A DNA stretch of 64,000 nucleotides from an uncultured Actinomycetota bacterium (GTDB taxonomy: Bacteria; Actinomycetota; Actinomycetes; Nanopelagicales; Nanopelagicaceae): NCBI GenBank assembly GCA_963844465.1, contig CAWJOR010000011.1:11128-75127 (forward strand). Reading direction: 5' to 3'. Of the stretch, positions 26,070-35,991 are shown in pieces. The notes beneath the pieces were generated by a model. It had not been told where the DNA came from. It saw only the letters and a program-made list of their open reading frames with translations, and ran no database searches. Position 1 is the stretch's first letter, and every line of letters begins with the position of its first letter. The translations under genes and the position numbers were made by a program.

Positions 26070-27100
26070 TGCAGGACTACCTCTCCTGCCTCGTACTTGA
26101 TTCTGGAATCTTTCGCCCACCACGAGGCATCCAAATCATGGACGTCATTGGGGGCAAGGGCGCTGGCCAAACAAGCCGACGCGAACACTCCCACATCGCC
26201 TTCCATCATGCTTCCCATGCGCACGCCTAGCCCAGCTTCTTGCGCCACACCTGCCATCTTTAGGGTTGGAGTTATCCCGCCCGACTTGAGAAGCTTCAAA
26301 TTAACGAGATCTACTGCCCCATATTCAATCAGTCGAAGAAGATCTTCCATATTAAAACAAGATTCATCGGCCATAATCGGAATTTCGGTATTCCGCCTAA
26401 TTTCGGCCAAGGCTTTTTTATCATCGGCTGGAGTGGGCTGTTCTAGATAATCAATGAAAATGCCGGTGCCGTTGATTTTCTCCAAGAAGGTCAGTGTGTG
26501 CGCAACTGTCCAGGCCTGATTGGGGTCGATCCGGATTCCACACCTTCCATTCGCAACTTGATTGATCAACTCCAGTTTTTGAATCGAGTCCTCTACTGGT
26601 TCCATCGTAAGTTTGACTTTGAAAGAATTGAAACCGTCTCTCAAGCGAGCGGATAAAAGACGTTCGATTTCTCCACTATCTGCGATCGGTATTGTCACAT
26701 CCGTTGCCACCGATGAACGAGTGCACCCCAGCAACTCATCGAGCGTACTTCTCCGTTTGGCAGCTTCAAGAAAGTACAGAGCCATATCTGCCGCAGCTTT
26801 CGCACTCGATACCGCCGGGGTCTTGGCAACTTGCTCTACAAGTTCCAACGGTGAAGAAAATGGAATACCTTCAAGCACTTCGCTTATCGGGCCGAGAAGG
26901 TCGTCCTCGATCATCTTCCGTGTATCACCAGTAATTGCTGGTGTCTCCACTGCCTCGCCTTTTGCCCACAGGCCATCATCAGTCTCAATATGAAACTCGA
27001 TGACGTCAAAATTAGTGACGGATCGGAGAGATGTTCGAAAAGGCTCACTTAAGGAACGAGGTGTCACGTGACAAGTTATTCTCGAAATCGAACTCATCAA
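26066..27100 (-). CDS. Dipeptide epimerase of the enolase superfamily (L-Ala-D/L-Glu epimerase, YcjG-like)
   Basis: FKVKLT (KxK), IRIDPNQAW, MADES and KLLKSGG motifs typical of MLE-subgroup dipeptide epimerases. Confidence 0.7.
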   Translation of the reverse strand: MMSSISRITCHVTPRSLSEPFRTSLRSVTNFDVIEFHIETDDGLWAKGEAVETPAITGDTRKMIEDDLLGPISEVLEGIPFSSPLELVEQVAKTPAVSSAKAAADMALYFLEAAKRRSTLDELLGCTRSSVATDVTIPIADSGEIERLLSARLRDGFNSFKVKLTMEPVEDSIQKLELINQVANGRCGIRIDPNQAWTVAHTLTFLEKINGTGIFIDYLEQPTPADDKKALAEIRRNTEIPIMADESCFNMEDLLRLIEYGAVDLVNLKLLKSGGITPTLKMAGVAQEAGLGVRMGSMMEGDVGVFASACLASALAPNDVHDLDASWWAKDSRIKYEAGEVVLQ

Positions 27101-27133
27101 TTCACCTGCCTTGCTAGGATTGATTTCGTGACG

Positions 27134-27640
27134 ATGACAGTGCGACCAGGTAATGCAGAAGATATTGATGCAATAGTGAGAATCTTTCGCGCTTGCTGGC
27201 AGGAGTCATATCGCGATTTGCTCAACGAAGATGTTCGCAGTGCAATGACCCTTGAAAATGCAAGAGAATTGTGGCTTCCTGCCTTGACATCACATTCAGA
27301 TCGCGAAACATTGGTCGCGTGTATCGGAGAGAAGCCAATTGGAATGTCGCGAATCGGTCGCGATCCCGATTTTGCAGATCGTGGACACCTGTTTTCACTG
27401 TACATCGATCCGGAATATGCAGGTAAAGGCTTCGGAAAGGCTTTACTTACCGCCACTCTTAGCAGGTTATCTGAGCGTGGTTCTAGAGAAATTTCACTCT
27501 GGGTGTTCAAGGCTAACCTTGGGGCTCTTGGACTCTACAAAAAGATGGGGTTTAAGCCGACCGGCAGAGAGCGCACGGATACCCGCTGGCAAAGCGTGGA
27601 GATTGAAATGCTCCATGATCAGATTACTTCGCTACTCTGA
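27134..27640 (+). CDS. GNAT family N-acetyltransferase
   Basis: Acetyl-CoA motif YAGKGFGKALL. The ATG at 27134 is preferred over the track start at 27068. Its 3' end converges with and overlaps anmK. Confidence 0.7.
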   Translation: MTVRPGNAEDIDAIVRIFRACWQESYRDLLNEDVRSAMTLENARELWLPALTSHSDRETLVACIGEKPIGMSRIGRDPDFADRGHLFSLYIDPEYAGKGFGKALLTATLSRLSERGSREISLWVFKANLGALGLYKKMGFKPTGRERTDTRWQSVEIEMLHDQITSLL

Positions 27641-28793
27641 TTCTTGTTGGTGCAATTGCTGAAGGAAGCGGAATTTGGAGCGGGCCAGTTCCTGGAGTGA
27701 GAGAGCCCAGTAGCCTTTCGCCACTTGCGCCTGTACAACTTGGAATCTGGCCAGGCAGACCATGAAGGGTGAGGTACCCGATCAGCGCGAAAGTGACCGA
27801 TTCTTTCGCCCTTGGATCGATGCCTAGTTCAGCAATCGAGAGAACTTCGCAGTTCGTCAAGCGTTCTTGCATACGTTTCATCATGAATGGATTCGCAGAT
27901 CCACCGCCTGCAACATACAACTTCGACAAAGAATATTTCTCGACTTCTCGGGCAACGGTTTCAACGGTCAATTCGAGCAATGTGGCCATTAGATTCTCAA
28001 TCTTCCATGAAAGCACGGGGCCTGCATGGGCAATCAAATAGGGCAGGTGGAACAGTTCTTTGCCCGTCGATTTTGGAGAGGGAAGGGAGTAGTACGGTTC
28101 CTCCAGAAGCGACTCCAAAAGTTCAGAGTCAACGACACCAGCAGCGGCCAATCGACCATCTTCGTCGAAGGACGCCTTACCTTCTGAATAAGCCGAAATG
28201 GCCGCATCCAGTAACCCGTTGGCTGGGCCAATGTCGTAAGCCATCGGCTCCATTGACCTACCAGCAATTGTTATATTTGAAATACCGCCTAAATTGAGAG
28301 CACCCTCAGGTTTCTCGCCATATCCAAGAAGAAGTTGGTCGAGGATGCTCACGAGGGGTGCACCATGCCCACCTGCCGCGACGTCTCTCGCACGAATATT
28401 GGACAAGACCTGGACACCGGTGTCTTCAGCAATCCAGGATGCCTCGCCAAGTTGCAGTGTGCCTTTGGCCTCATGATTTGCGTCGATCCAATGAAAAAGT
28501 GTCTGGCCGTGGGAAACAATCAAATCTGGTTGAAATGAAAATTCTGACATTACCGACTGAGCTGCCCTCGAAAAAGCCTGGCCTATCAAGGTATTGAGGA
28601 CACACACTCGCTCCATATCCACCGAGCGGGGAGGCATGGAGTCAGCGATCAGTTGGTGAAGATCATCCGGATACTCAAACGATGAAAACCCGATCTGTTT
28701 TAGTTCGATCACACCGCCGTCTTGAGTAAATTCACAACATGCAACATCAATTCCGTCAAAAGAGGTGCCAGAGATCATGCCGATGATTTTCAT
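27624..28793 (-). CDS. anmK: Anhydro-N-acetylmuramic acid kinase
   Basis: N-terminal MKIIGMISGTSFDGIDV signature. The ATG at 28793 forms an ATGA overlap with the upstream ABC ATPase stop. Confidence 0.85.
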   Translation of the reverse strand: MKIIGMISGTSFDGIDVACCEFTQDGGVIELKQIGFSSFEYPDDLHQLIADSMPPRSVDMERVCVLNTLIGQAFSRAAQSVMSEFSFQPDLIVSHGQTLFHWIDANHEAKGTLQLGEASWIAEDTGVQVLSNIRARDVAAGGHGAPLVSILDQLLLGYGEKPEGALNLGGISNITIAGRSMEPMAYDIGPANGLLDAAISAYSEGKASFDEDGRLAAAGVVDSELLESLLEEPYYSLPSPKSTGKELFHLPYLIAHAGPVLSWKIENLMATLLELTVETVAREVEKYSLSKLYVAGGGSANPFMMKRMQERLTNCEVLSIAELGIDPRAKESVTFALIGYLTLHGLPGQIPSCTGASGERLLGSLTPGTGPLQIPLPSAIAPTRIRVAK

Positions 28794-29743
28794 GCCTTTA
28801 CCTCCGGACAAGCGACAAAGTGAGTGTTCGATACTTCAAGGAGAGAAGGGGAACGGGTTGTGCAAATTGGCACCGCAATCGGGCATCGCGCATGGAAAGC
28901 GCAACCTGAGGGCATATGCGCGGGATCTGGAACCTCTCCTTGTAGGGTCTTAGAGAGTGTTTCAGGATTTCCGATAATGCTGTGGTCAGGCATCGCTGCA
29001 ATTAGAGCCCGAGTGTACGGATGCAACGGCTTTTCGATGACTGTCTCCCAGTCACCGAACTCAACAACTCGTCCAAGGTACATGACTGCAATCACATCGC
29101 TGATGTATCGAATCATTCCCAAGTCGTGGCTGATAAAGATGTACGTCAAATTGAATTTCTCGCGTAAGTCGATCAACAAGTTCATGACCTCGGCACGCAC
29201 CGAAACATCCAATGCCGACACTGGTTCATCCAGAATGAGAAGGTCTGGCTCGGATGCAAGTGCGCGCGCGATGCTGACCCGCTGCCTTTGACCACCAGAA
29301 AGTTGGTGGGGATATCGATATTGCAGGTCAGAGGAAAGCCCGACAATAGAGAGCAATTCTTCTACTCGGGCATTAATCCCATTCTTTGGACGCAATTTGT
29401 GAACAGTAATAACTTCCGCGATCGCAGCGCCGATCTGCTGGCGTGGATTTAGAGACGAATAAGGATCCTGAAAGACCAGTTGAACCCTGGATCTTTGCGG
29501 ACGAAAATGATTCTTCGCTTTATCCGAGATGCCTTCCCCCTCCCACAGGATGCTTCCGGCGCTGGGCCTTTCAAGCCCGGCAATTACACGAGCAAGCGTG
29601 GACTTGCCGCACCCGCTCTCTCCAACGATCCCCAGTGTCTCGCCTCTTTTTAGGGAAATTGAGACCCCATTGAGCGCATTTATGTGAATCCCACTGGCCC
29701 TAACCTTGTACTGCTTCTCGACATTTTCAATCTGAAGGCTCAT
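28790..29743 (-). CDS. Peptide-type ABC transporter ATP-binding protein (OppF/DppF-like)
   Basis: Walker A GESGCGKST, signature LSGGQRQR, Walker B LLILDEP, and the C-terminal oligopeptide-transporter extension. Confidence 0.85.
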   Translation of the reverse strand: MSLQIENVEKQYKVRASGIHINALNGVSISLKRGETLGIVGESGCGKSTLARVIAGLERPSAGSILWEGEGISDKAKNHFRPQRSRVQLVFQDPYSSLNPRQQIGAAIAEVITVHKLRPKNGINARVEELLSIVGLSSDLQYRYPHQLSGGQRQRVSIARALASEPDLLILDEPVSALDVSVRAEVMNLLIDLREKFNLTYIFISHDLGMIRYISDVIAVMYLGRVVEFGDWETVIEKPLHPYTRALIAAMPDHSIIGNPETLSKTLQGEVPDPAHMPSGCAFHARCPIAVPICTTRSPSLLEVSNTHFVACPEVKA

Positions 29744-30714
29744 GATTCAACCCCCACTGGATGAAAACAGGCGACACTCTTCTCAAGGGTCCCTAGAAGT
29801 TGCGGAATCTGACTCTTGCATTCGGGCTTTACATTGAAGCAACGCGGAGCGAAGGAACACGATTGACCGACCAACCACGGTTTCTGCGGAACTCCCGCGA
29901 TAGAAGTAAGGCGCTTGCGAGATTTGTCAGTAGTTATGGGCAGTGAGGCTAACAATCCGTAGGTGTAAGGGTGTTGAGGGTTGGAGAAGATTTCCCTCAC
30001 CGTCCCCGACTCCACTATGCGCCCGGCATACATGACGATCAATCGGTCAACGAGGTTTGCAACTACGCCAAGGTCATGAGTGATCCAAAGCATGGACATA
30101 TTGCGCTTGCGACGCTCTTCCGCCACGAGGGCAAGTATCTGCTGCTGAATCGTCACGTCAAGCGCAGTAGTGGGTTCGTCGGCTATCAACAACTTCGGCG
30201 AAAGAATCAGTGCCATTGCGATCATGACACGCTGGCGCATTCCTCCTGAAAATTCGTGCGGGTAACTCGCCATCGCTCGCGTTACGTCTGGGATTCCCAC
30301 TTCTCTTAGGGCTTCGCGTACGCGCTCCTCTGAAGAATCGTCGATTTTCTCATGGGACTCGATAACTTCAAGAAGTTGATCGCCAATCTTCATTACCGGA
30401 TTCAAGGCAGTCATCGGGTCTTGATACACCATTGAAATCTCTGAGCCACGAATCCTTCGCATCTCTTGTGGGGATATCTTCGCCAAATCAATGCCGTTGT
30501 ACTCGATGGACCCTTCTGCCACCGCCACACCGCGTGGGAGCAGTCCAAGTATCGACAGCGCTGAGAGCGTTTTGCCTGATCCGCTTTCTCCGACGACCCC
30601 AACAGCCTCACCTTCATGAACCTCGAATGTCACATCGTTGATGAGAACACGTGGATCCTGCAATGTGGAAATAACTAGATGTTCAACAGAAAGCAGTGGC
30701 TTCGACTGACTCAT
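29740..30714 (-). CDS. Peptide-type ABC transporter ATP-binding protein (OppD/DppD-like)
   Basis: Walker A GESGSGKT, signature FSGGMRQR and Walker B LLIADEP. Confidence 0.85.
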   Translation of the reverse strand: MSQSKPLLSVEHLVISTLQDPRVLINDVTFEVHEGEAVGVVGESGSGKTLSALSILGLLPRGVAVAEGSIEYNGIDLAKISPQEMRRIRGSEISMVYQDPMTALNPVMKIGDQLLEVIESHEKIDDSSEERVREALREVGIPDVTRAMASYPHEFSGGMRQRVMIAMALILSPKLLIADEPTTALDVTIQQQILALVAEERRKRNMSMLWITHDLGVVANLVDRLIVMYAGRIVESGTVREIFSNPQHPYTYGLLASLPITTDKSRKRLTSIAGVPQKPWLVGQSCSFAPRCFNVKPECKSQIPQLLGTLEKSVACFHPVGVES

Positions 30715-31568
30715 GAGCTCCTCCTGGCGGGATCCCAGGCGTCACGTAGTCCATCTCCAACAAGGTTCAAACCAACGACGACGACGGTGATAAAAATCGA
30801 GGGGAACGCAAGGGTCCACCAGGCAAGGGCAGCCAGAGACTGCGCGTCAGAAACCATAAGTCCAAGGGAGGCATCCGGCGGTTGCGTTCCCAGACCGAGG
30901 AAACTCAGACCAGACTCCGTGAGTATCGCCCATGAAAGGGAAAGTGCGGTCTGAACGACGATGGGTGCGGTGACGTTGGGCAGGATATGTTTAATGAGGA
31001 TTCGCGGTGAGGAGTAACCGAGAATGCGAGATACCTTGATGTAGTCCATTTCCTTTGCGGCCAATACTGGACCTCGAGCGACGCGGATGAATATCGGCGT
31101 GTACACAATTCCGATGGAGATCGCCGTGTCATACCAAGCGGTACCAAGGCTGCTAACAATTGCGAGGGCCAGAAGTATTGCTGGAAACGCAAAGAGAGCA
31201 TCGCTCATGCGGGTCACAAATATGTCAAACCACTTGCCCAGGTAGCCACCCAGAATCCCCAAAGGAATACCGATCAACGCAGCAATCGACACAGCGGTGA
31301 TCGAGACGGTTAGGGAGCGACGCATGCCATCGAGTGTGCGCGAGAAAATGTCCCGCCCGAATTGATCAGTGCCGAACCAAAACTTTCCAGACGGTCCCTT
31401 CAGAATATTGTCGATATTCTGATCCAACGGATGATGGGGCAACCAGCCAAACGCAGCGCATAAGGATCCGATTATCATCAACAGCAGCAGAATGGCCCCA
31501 ATAACTCCACTCTTGCTCTGGAAGTAATAGTGCAGACCGCCTTTAGTTGCATTCTCTCTGCTCTTCAT
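30711..31568 (-). CDS. ABC transporter permease (DppC/OppC-like)
   Basis: Multi-TM ORF with a BPD-type permease loop, in an operon with the ATPases. Confidence 0.8.
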   Translation of the reverse strand: MKSRENATKGGLHYYFQSKSGVIGAILLLLMIIGSLCAAFGWLPHHPLDQNIDNILKGPSGKFWFGTDQFGRDIFSRTLDGMRRSLTVSITAVSIAALIGIPLGILGGYLGKWFDIFVTRMSDALFAFPAILLALAIVSSLGTAWYDTAISIGIVYTPIFIRVARGPVLAAKEMDYIKVSRILGYSSPRILIKHILPNVTAPIVVQTALSLSWAILTESGLSFLGLGTQPPDASLGLMVSDAQSLAALAWWTLAFPSIFITVVVVGLNLVGDGLRDAWDPARRSS

Positions 31569-32548
31569 TATTTTATCCTCGGATCAATCCTGCGATACAC
31601 AAGGTCGGTCAAGACGTTGATCGTCACGAACATTATGGCAAAAATCATCACACTGCTCTGGACTGTTGCGTATTCGCGCTTGGTAATAGCTTCAAGAACT
31701 TGCCTGCCCATTCCTGGCAAAGCGAAAATCTTCTCAACTATCACCGCACCGCCCAATAAATAGCCAAATTGAATGCCAGTCATGGTCACGATCGGTATTA
31801 GCGAATTGCGCAGGACGTGACGCAACTGAACTTTTCCGGGGGCGACACCTTTTCCGTGAGCGGTACGAACAAAATCTTTATCAACCGTCTCAAGGAGCGC
31901 AGACCTCGTCGTGCGCATCACTGGCGCTGCTACTGCAATACCGAGCACTAATCCTGGAAACATCATCTGTTGGAAATTTACCCAGGGGTTTTCCCAAGGC
32001 GTCATATATTCCAAGCCATTAGGGAAGTAATGAAATACGTTCGCCATAACAGTGACAATCGCCGTGCTAAGAACAAATCCTGGAATTGCAAGTGCCAACA
32101 GACCAAAAAGTTGCCCACCGAAGTCGCGAAAGCTGCCTGGTTTGCTGGCGCTAAACATTCCTACGGCGATTCCCATTATGACGCCCAAAATGGTTCCAAT
32201 GAGAGCGAGCTCAATTGTCACTGGGAGCGCGGATTCAGTTAGGTGAAGAATCGATACTCCAGTGGAGAAAGAGTACCCGAGGTGTCCGGTTAAGAAACTC
32301 CCCATCCATGACAGGTACTGCGCAAGAAGTGATTTGTCGATGCCGTAGTAGTGACGAAGTTCAACTATTTGCTGCGGGGTCAGTACGCCTGTTTCAATTC
32401 CGAAAGAACCCGTAATTGTGTTCCCAGGAATCACTCTTAGAACTATGAAAACGAAGATGGAAATTCCAAAAAGGGTTGTTGCAATGCTTGAGAGCCGAAC
32501 GAATACCGGAGAGAAAATAAGGCGCTGTAGCCTATTCACTTTCAGCAC
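31568..32548 (-). CDS. ABC transporter permease (DppB/OppB-like)
   Basis: Multi-TM ORF with the EAA-like loop FVRTAHGKGVAPGKV typical of DppB/OppB. Confidence 0.8.
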   Translation of the reverse strand: MLKVNRLQRLIFSPVFVRLSSIATTLFGISIFVFIVLRVIPGNTITGSFGIETGVLTPQQIVELRHYYGIDKSLLAQYLSWMGSFLTGHLGYSFSTGVSILHLTESALPVTIELALIGTILGVIMGIAVGMFSASKPGSFRDFGGQLFGLLALAIPGFVLSTAIVTVMANVFHYFPNGLEYMTPWENPWVNFQQMMFPGLVLGIAVAAPVMRTTRSALLETVDKDFVRTAHGKGVAPGKVQLRHVLRNSLIPIVTMTGIQFGYLLGGAVIVEKIFALPGMGRQVLEAITKREYATVQSSVMIFAIMFVTINVLTDLVYRRIDPRIK

Positions 32549-32649
32549 GGCGGCTCGCCCCTCCCAAGTTGATAAAAAAGATGGATAATCGTGACAATTT
32601 GAAGAAGCGGGCGGTGTGTAGAAATTGATCTACACACCGCCTCTTCTGA

Positions 32650-34161
32650 TTAACTCAGATCTGCCTTGCGTAGCTCAAGCAAAGAGCCAGTTGCAAGCGG
32701 CACAAAACCAGTCAACTTCTTGGATGCAACGCGATATTCGTATGGCGAGAAGAGCCAAATCCATACTGCATTGTTCTCCAATTCTTCGGAAATGCTCTTG
32801 TATGCAGCCTTGCGCTGAGGAACATTCCCAGTGGACTTTCCAAGGGCGAAGAGCGAGTCAAGCTTTGCCGAAGAGTACCCAGCAACCTTGTTCAGGTTAC
32901 CAGTGGAGGTGAAGTAACGGGTGTACATGGTGTCCGGATCAATACGACCGCCATTGTTTGCAATTGCGGTTTCAAAATCAGCCGCGAGCCAGCGAGAAAT
33001 GAAGGTTGAGTCATCCACCAACTCGAGCTGCAAAGTGATGCCAGCTTTAGCCAGTTGAGACTTCAAACTTTGAGCAACAGCAGATGCAGTTGCAAACTGT
33101 GTTGGTGCAACAATCGACTTAATGGTCAAGCCGTTTGAATAGCCAGCGGCAGTTAGGTACTGCTTTGCCTTTGCGATATCTGCATTTGGACACGGACGAT
33201 CTGATGGGTCTGACCTGTATGCAGGGCTAGTGATTGGTCCAATGACGGTTCCCTCACCTGACTGCGCAGTCTTCACAACCTCTTGTCTGCTAATCGCACA
33301 CTGAATTGCCAGGCGCACGTTGACATTGTCCAATGGAGCTTTTCGAGCATTAAGTTGCAGTGCCATGTAGGCAAGTGAAGGAGTTGAATACTTCTTTAGA
33401 TTCTTCCCAACCTGCTTTGCAATGAGTGGATCAGTGATAACTGCAAATTGAACGCTTCCTGCATTCAGAGCCGAAAGGACGGAGGATTCGCTAGGAATGA
33501 CTCGGAAAGTGACTGTGTCGATCTTTGGCTCATGACCCCAATAGGTGGGGTTGCTAGCCAACTTGACCGACTGGCCGGCATCCCAAGAAAGAAACTTAAA
33601 TGGGCCGGTTCCGTTTACAGTCTTTCCGACCGTGCCGGCAGCAATGTCCTTCGCTGACAACATTGCCATGTTGACGCCGTCGAGGGCTGCAAGAATCGGA
33701 ACGTTCGGGATGGTCAAATCAAGAACAACATCGTTGCCCACGACAGTTATTGTCTTAATCGTCAGCAAGTTGGAGCGTGCCGCCGCCTTTGTGGCTGGGT
33801 CGAGAATTCTCTGAATTGAGGCCTTTACATCGGCCGGACCAAAGGCAGTGCCGTCTTGGAACTTGACGCCTTTACGGATGTGCAGTCGCAATTGAGTTCC
33901 AGCTGAATTGAAGGACCAGGATGTTGCCAAACCTGGACGGATATCGAGTTTTGGCCCTACTTCGACCAAGCTTCCATATACCAGCCCAAGGGCGCGCACG
34001 GTCGCAAAACTGGTGGCGGCCTGTGGATCTAATTTGTCGATATCAAGGGTGATGCCAATCACAAGGTCTTTACTCGCGGCTTGTGCTGGTGCTACGAGCG
34101 TTACTCCAGCCAGCAGCGCAGTAATCACGCCAGCGACTGCAAATTTCTTTCTTAGTCTCAC
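32650..34161 (-). CDS. ABC transporter substrate-binding protein, family 5 (peptide / murein-peptide type)
   Basis: Signal peptide MRLRKKFAVAGVITALLAGVTLVAPAQA. 503 aa, with family-5 SBP sequence character. Confidence 0.8.
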   Translation of the reverse strand: MRLRKKFAVAGVITALLAGVTLVAPAQAASKDLVIGITLDIDKLDPQAATSFATVRALGLVYGSLVEVGPKLDIRPGLATSWSFNSAGTQLRLHIRKGVKFQDGTAFGPADVKASIQRILDPATKAAARSNLLTIKTITVVGNDVVLDLTIPNVPILAALDGVNMAMLSAKDIAAGTVGKTVNGTGPFKFLSWDAGQSVKLASNPTYWGHEPKIDTVTFRVIPSESSVLSALNAGSVQFAVITDPLIAKQVGKNLKKYSTPSLAYMALQLNARKAPLDNVNVRLAIQCAISRQEVVKTAQSGEGTVIGPITSPAYRSDPSDRPCPNADIAKAKQYLTAAGYSNGLTIKSIVAPTQFATASAVAQSLKSQLAKAGITLQLELVDDSTFISRWLAADFETAIANNGGRIDPDTMYTRYFTSTGNLNKVAGYSSAKLDSLFALGKSTGNVPQRKAAYKSISEELENNAVWIWLFSPYEYRVASKKLTGFVPLATGSLLELRKADLS

Positions 34162-34292
34162 TAAATTCCCCTTCCAAGGTTAGAACCACATTGAAAGCGA
34201 GGTCTGTGAAAAAAACCTTCACAGGCGCAGGCGATCGGTGGAAATCATTGCCCTAATTCTTCAGAAGGTCAAGAGGAAACCATCACAAAGAT

Positions 34293-35210
34293 CTAACGAT
34301 TTTTGAGGGCGTCCCGGACTCTATTTGAGGCGGAAGAAAGACGCTCGCGAGCCGAGGGGGCGTCAACTCCTAGAAGAATCATCACGATGGCGACTTTGAC
34401 CTCGTCCCCTGAATCTGCCAGGGCTTGAGAGGCCTCGTTGCGAGAGACACCGGTGGCTTGACTGATTATGCGCTTGGCCCGATCTCGCAACTTCTCGTTT
34501 GTAATCTGGAGATCAACCATGAGATTTCCAAAAGTTTTGCCCAGGCGCACCATCGTGATCGTGGAAATCATATTAAGCACCAATTTCTGAGCGGTGCCAG
34601 ATTTCAGGCGCGTGGAGCCAGCCAACATTTCGGGTCCCGAATCGATTTCAATCGGGTGATCAACGTGTTGTGATATTTCTGAGTTCGGGTTCCCTGTCAA
34701 ACCCACCTTGAGCGCGCCAATTCTCTCAGCGTAGGCCAGACCGCCCAATACATAGGGCGTCCGTCCGCTTGCTGCAATTCCGACAACCACGTCCTTTGAA
34801 TTCAAGTGAATGGATTTCAAGTCTTCCGCACCTGCATCAAAATCATCTTCTGCGCCTTCAACTGCGTGCGTAAGCGCACTCTCTCCGCCGGCGATAAATG
34901 CCATGACTTGTTCATCCGATACCGAAAAGGTTGGTCCACACTCTGCGGCGTCCAGAACGCCAAGCCGTCCAGATGTTCCAGCGCCAATGTAAATAAGTCT
35001 GCCGCCAGCCAACATGCGATCCACGATCGCATTGATTGCACTTTCGATCTCTGGCAACACCTTGGAGATCGCCCTCGGCACTTCAAGATCCCCCTCATTC
35101 ATGGCATGAAGAAGCTCCGACACTGACATAACGTCCAACTCTCGGTATTTCGTATCTACCTGTTCGGTGCGAAGTAGACCAAGAGTCATGTCTTCGGTGT
35201 TGCTGGCCAT
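34293..35210 (-). CDS. murQ: N-acetylmuramic acid 6-phosphate etherase
   Basis: SIS-domain signature IYIGAGTSGRLGVLDAAECGPTF and a C-terminal ...AIVM... tail typical of MurQ. Confidence 0.9.
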   Translation of the reverse strand: MASNTEDMTLGLLRTEQVDTKYRELDVMSVSELLHAMNEGDLEVPRAISKVLPEIESAINAIVDRMLAGGRLIYIGAGTSGRLGVLDAAECGPTFSVSDEQVMAFIAGGESALTHAVEGAEDDFDAGAEDLKSIHLNSKDVVVGIAASGRTPYVLGGLAYAERIGALKVGLTGNPNSEISQHVDHPIEIDSGPEMLAGSTRLKSGTAQKLVLNMISTITMVRLGKTFGNLMVDLQITNEKLRDRAKRIISQATGVSRNEASQALADSGDEVKVAIVMILLGVDAPSARERLSSASNRVRDALKNR

Positions 35211-35292
35211 GGATGCCCTTCTTTTGAAGTAAGAGATTAAACCCTCTCGAGGCTTTATGGGAAACGCCGCAATATATCCCTAGGCTTAGGCG

Positions 35293-35850
35293 GTGAGCAA
35301 TTACTTGCTAGCTGTAGCAGTAATCGCAGGAGCAAATTTGCTCCCTGCCTTTGCTCCCCCTACGTGGTCGATCCTCGTCTTCTTCACACTTAGATATCAC
35401 ATGAACCCAGTTGCATTAGTGCTCCTTGGTGTAATGAGCGCAACTCTCGGGAGAGCAATCCTCGCAAATGTGTTCCGTGCGATTCGTGGATGGTTGCCGA
35501 AGGGATATGTGGCAAACATGGAGAGAATCGGCGTCAAGATCGAAGAGAATCCAAGACGCGCACTTGGTTTGCTCACGTTGTTTTTTCTCTCTCCAATTTC
35601 CTCGGCCCAACTCTTTGAAGCCGCAGGAATCATCAAACGGATCTCACTCGGTCCACTTCTTCTTGCCTTTGCCGGAGGACGCTTAATCAGTTATTCGATC
35701 TACGTCTCCGGTGCGAGCGTCCTGAGGGAATCTTCACTAGGCCAGATCGTTCAGAAGAGAATTCACATCTCCAGTTGCAATCGCAGTTCAAGTGCTCCTG
35801 ATTATCGGACTTGTTGCCCTCGGAAATGTGAAGTGGAACGGGGCCAATAA
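35293..35850 (+). CDS. Small integral membrane protein; the 3' end is probably frameshifted
   Basis: Hydrophobic helices run up to about codon 150, then a Cys/Arg-rich tail. The +1 frame (35741..35854) encodes a clean terminal TM segment, PVAIAVQVLLIIGLVALGNVKW. Confidence 0.5.
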   Translation: MSNYLLAVAVIAGANLLPAFAPPTWSILVFFTLRYHMNPVALVLLGVMSATLGRAILANVFRAIRGWLPKGYVANMERIGVKIEENPRRALGLLTLFFLSPISSAQLFEAAGIIKRISLGPLLLAFAGGRLISYSIYVSGASVLRESSLGQIVQKRIHISSCNRSSSAPDYRTCCPRKCEVERGQ

Positions 35851-35991
35851 TTAGGGTTTTCCCTTACCGCAGATCAAAGGTCTCAAAAAGACGGGCGGAG
35901 AAGTGATTCCTTAGGCTTCTACCCGACCCCAAGTTGTAAGGTTGCGCCACTGGGAATCCGATCCATCCCTGCTCACAGTCTGGAGAGAATT

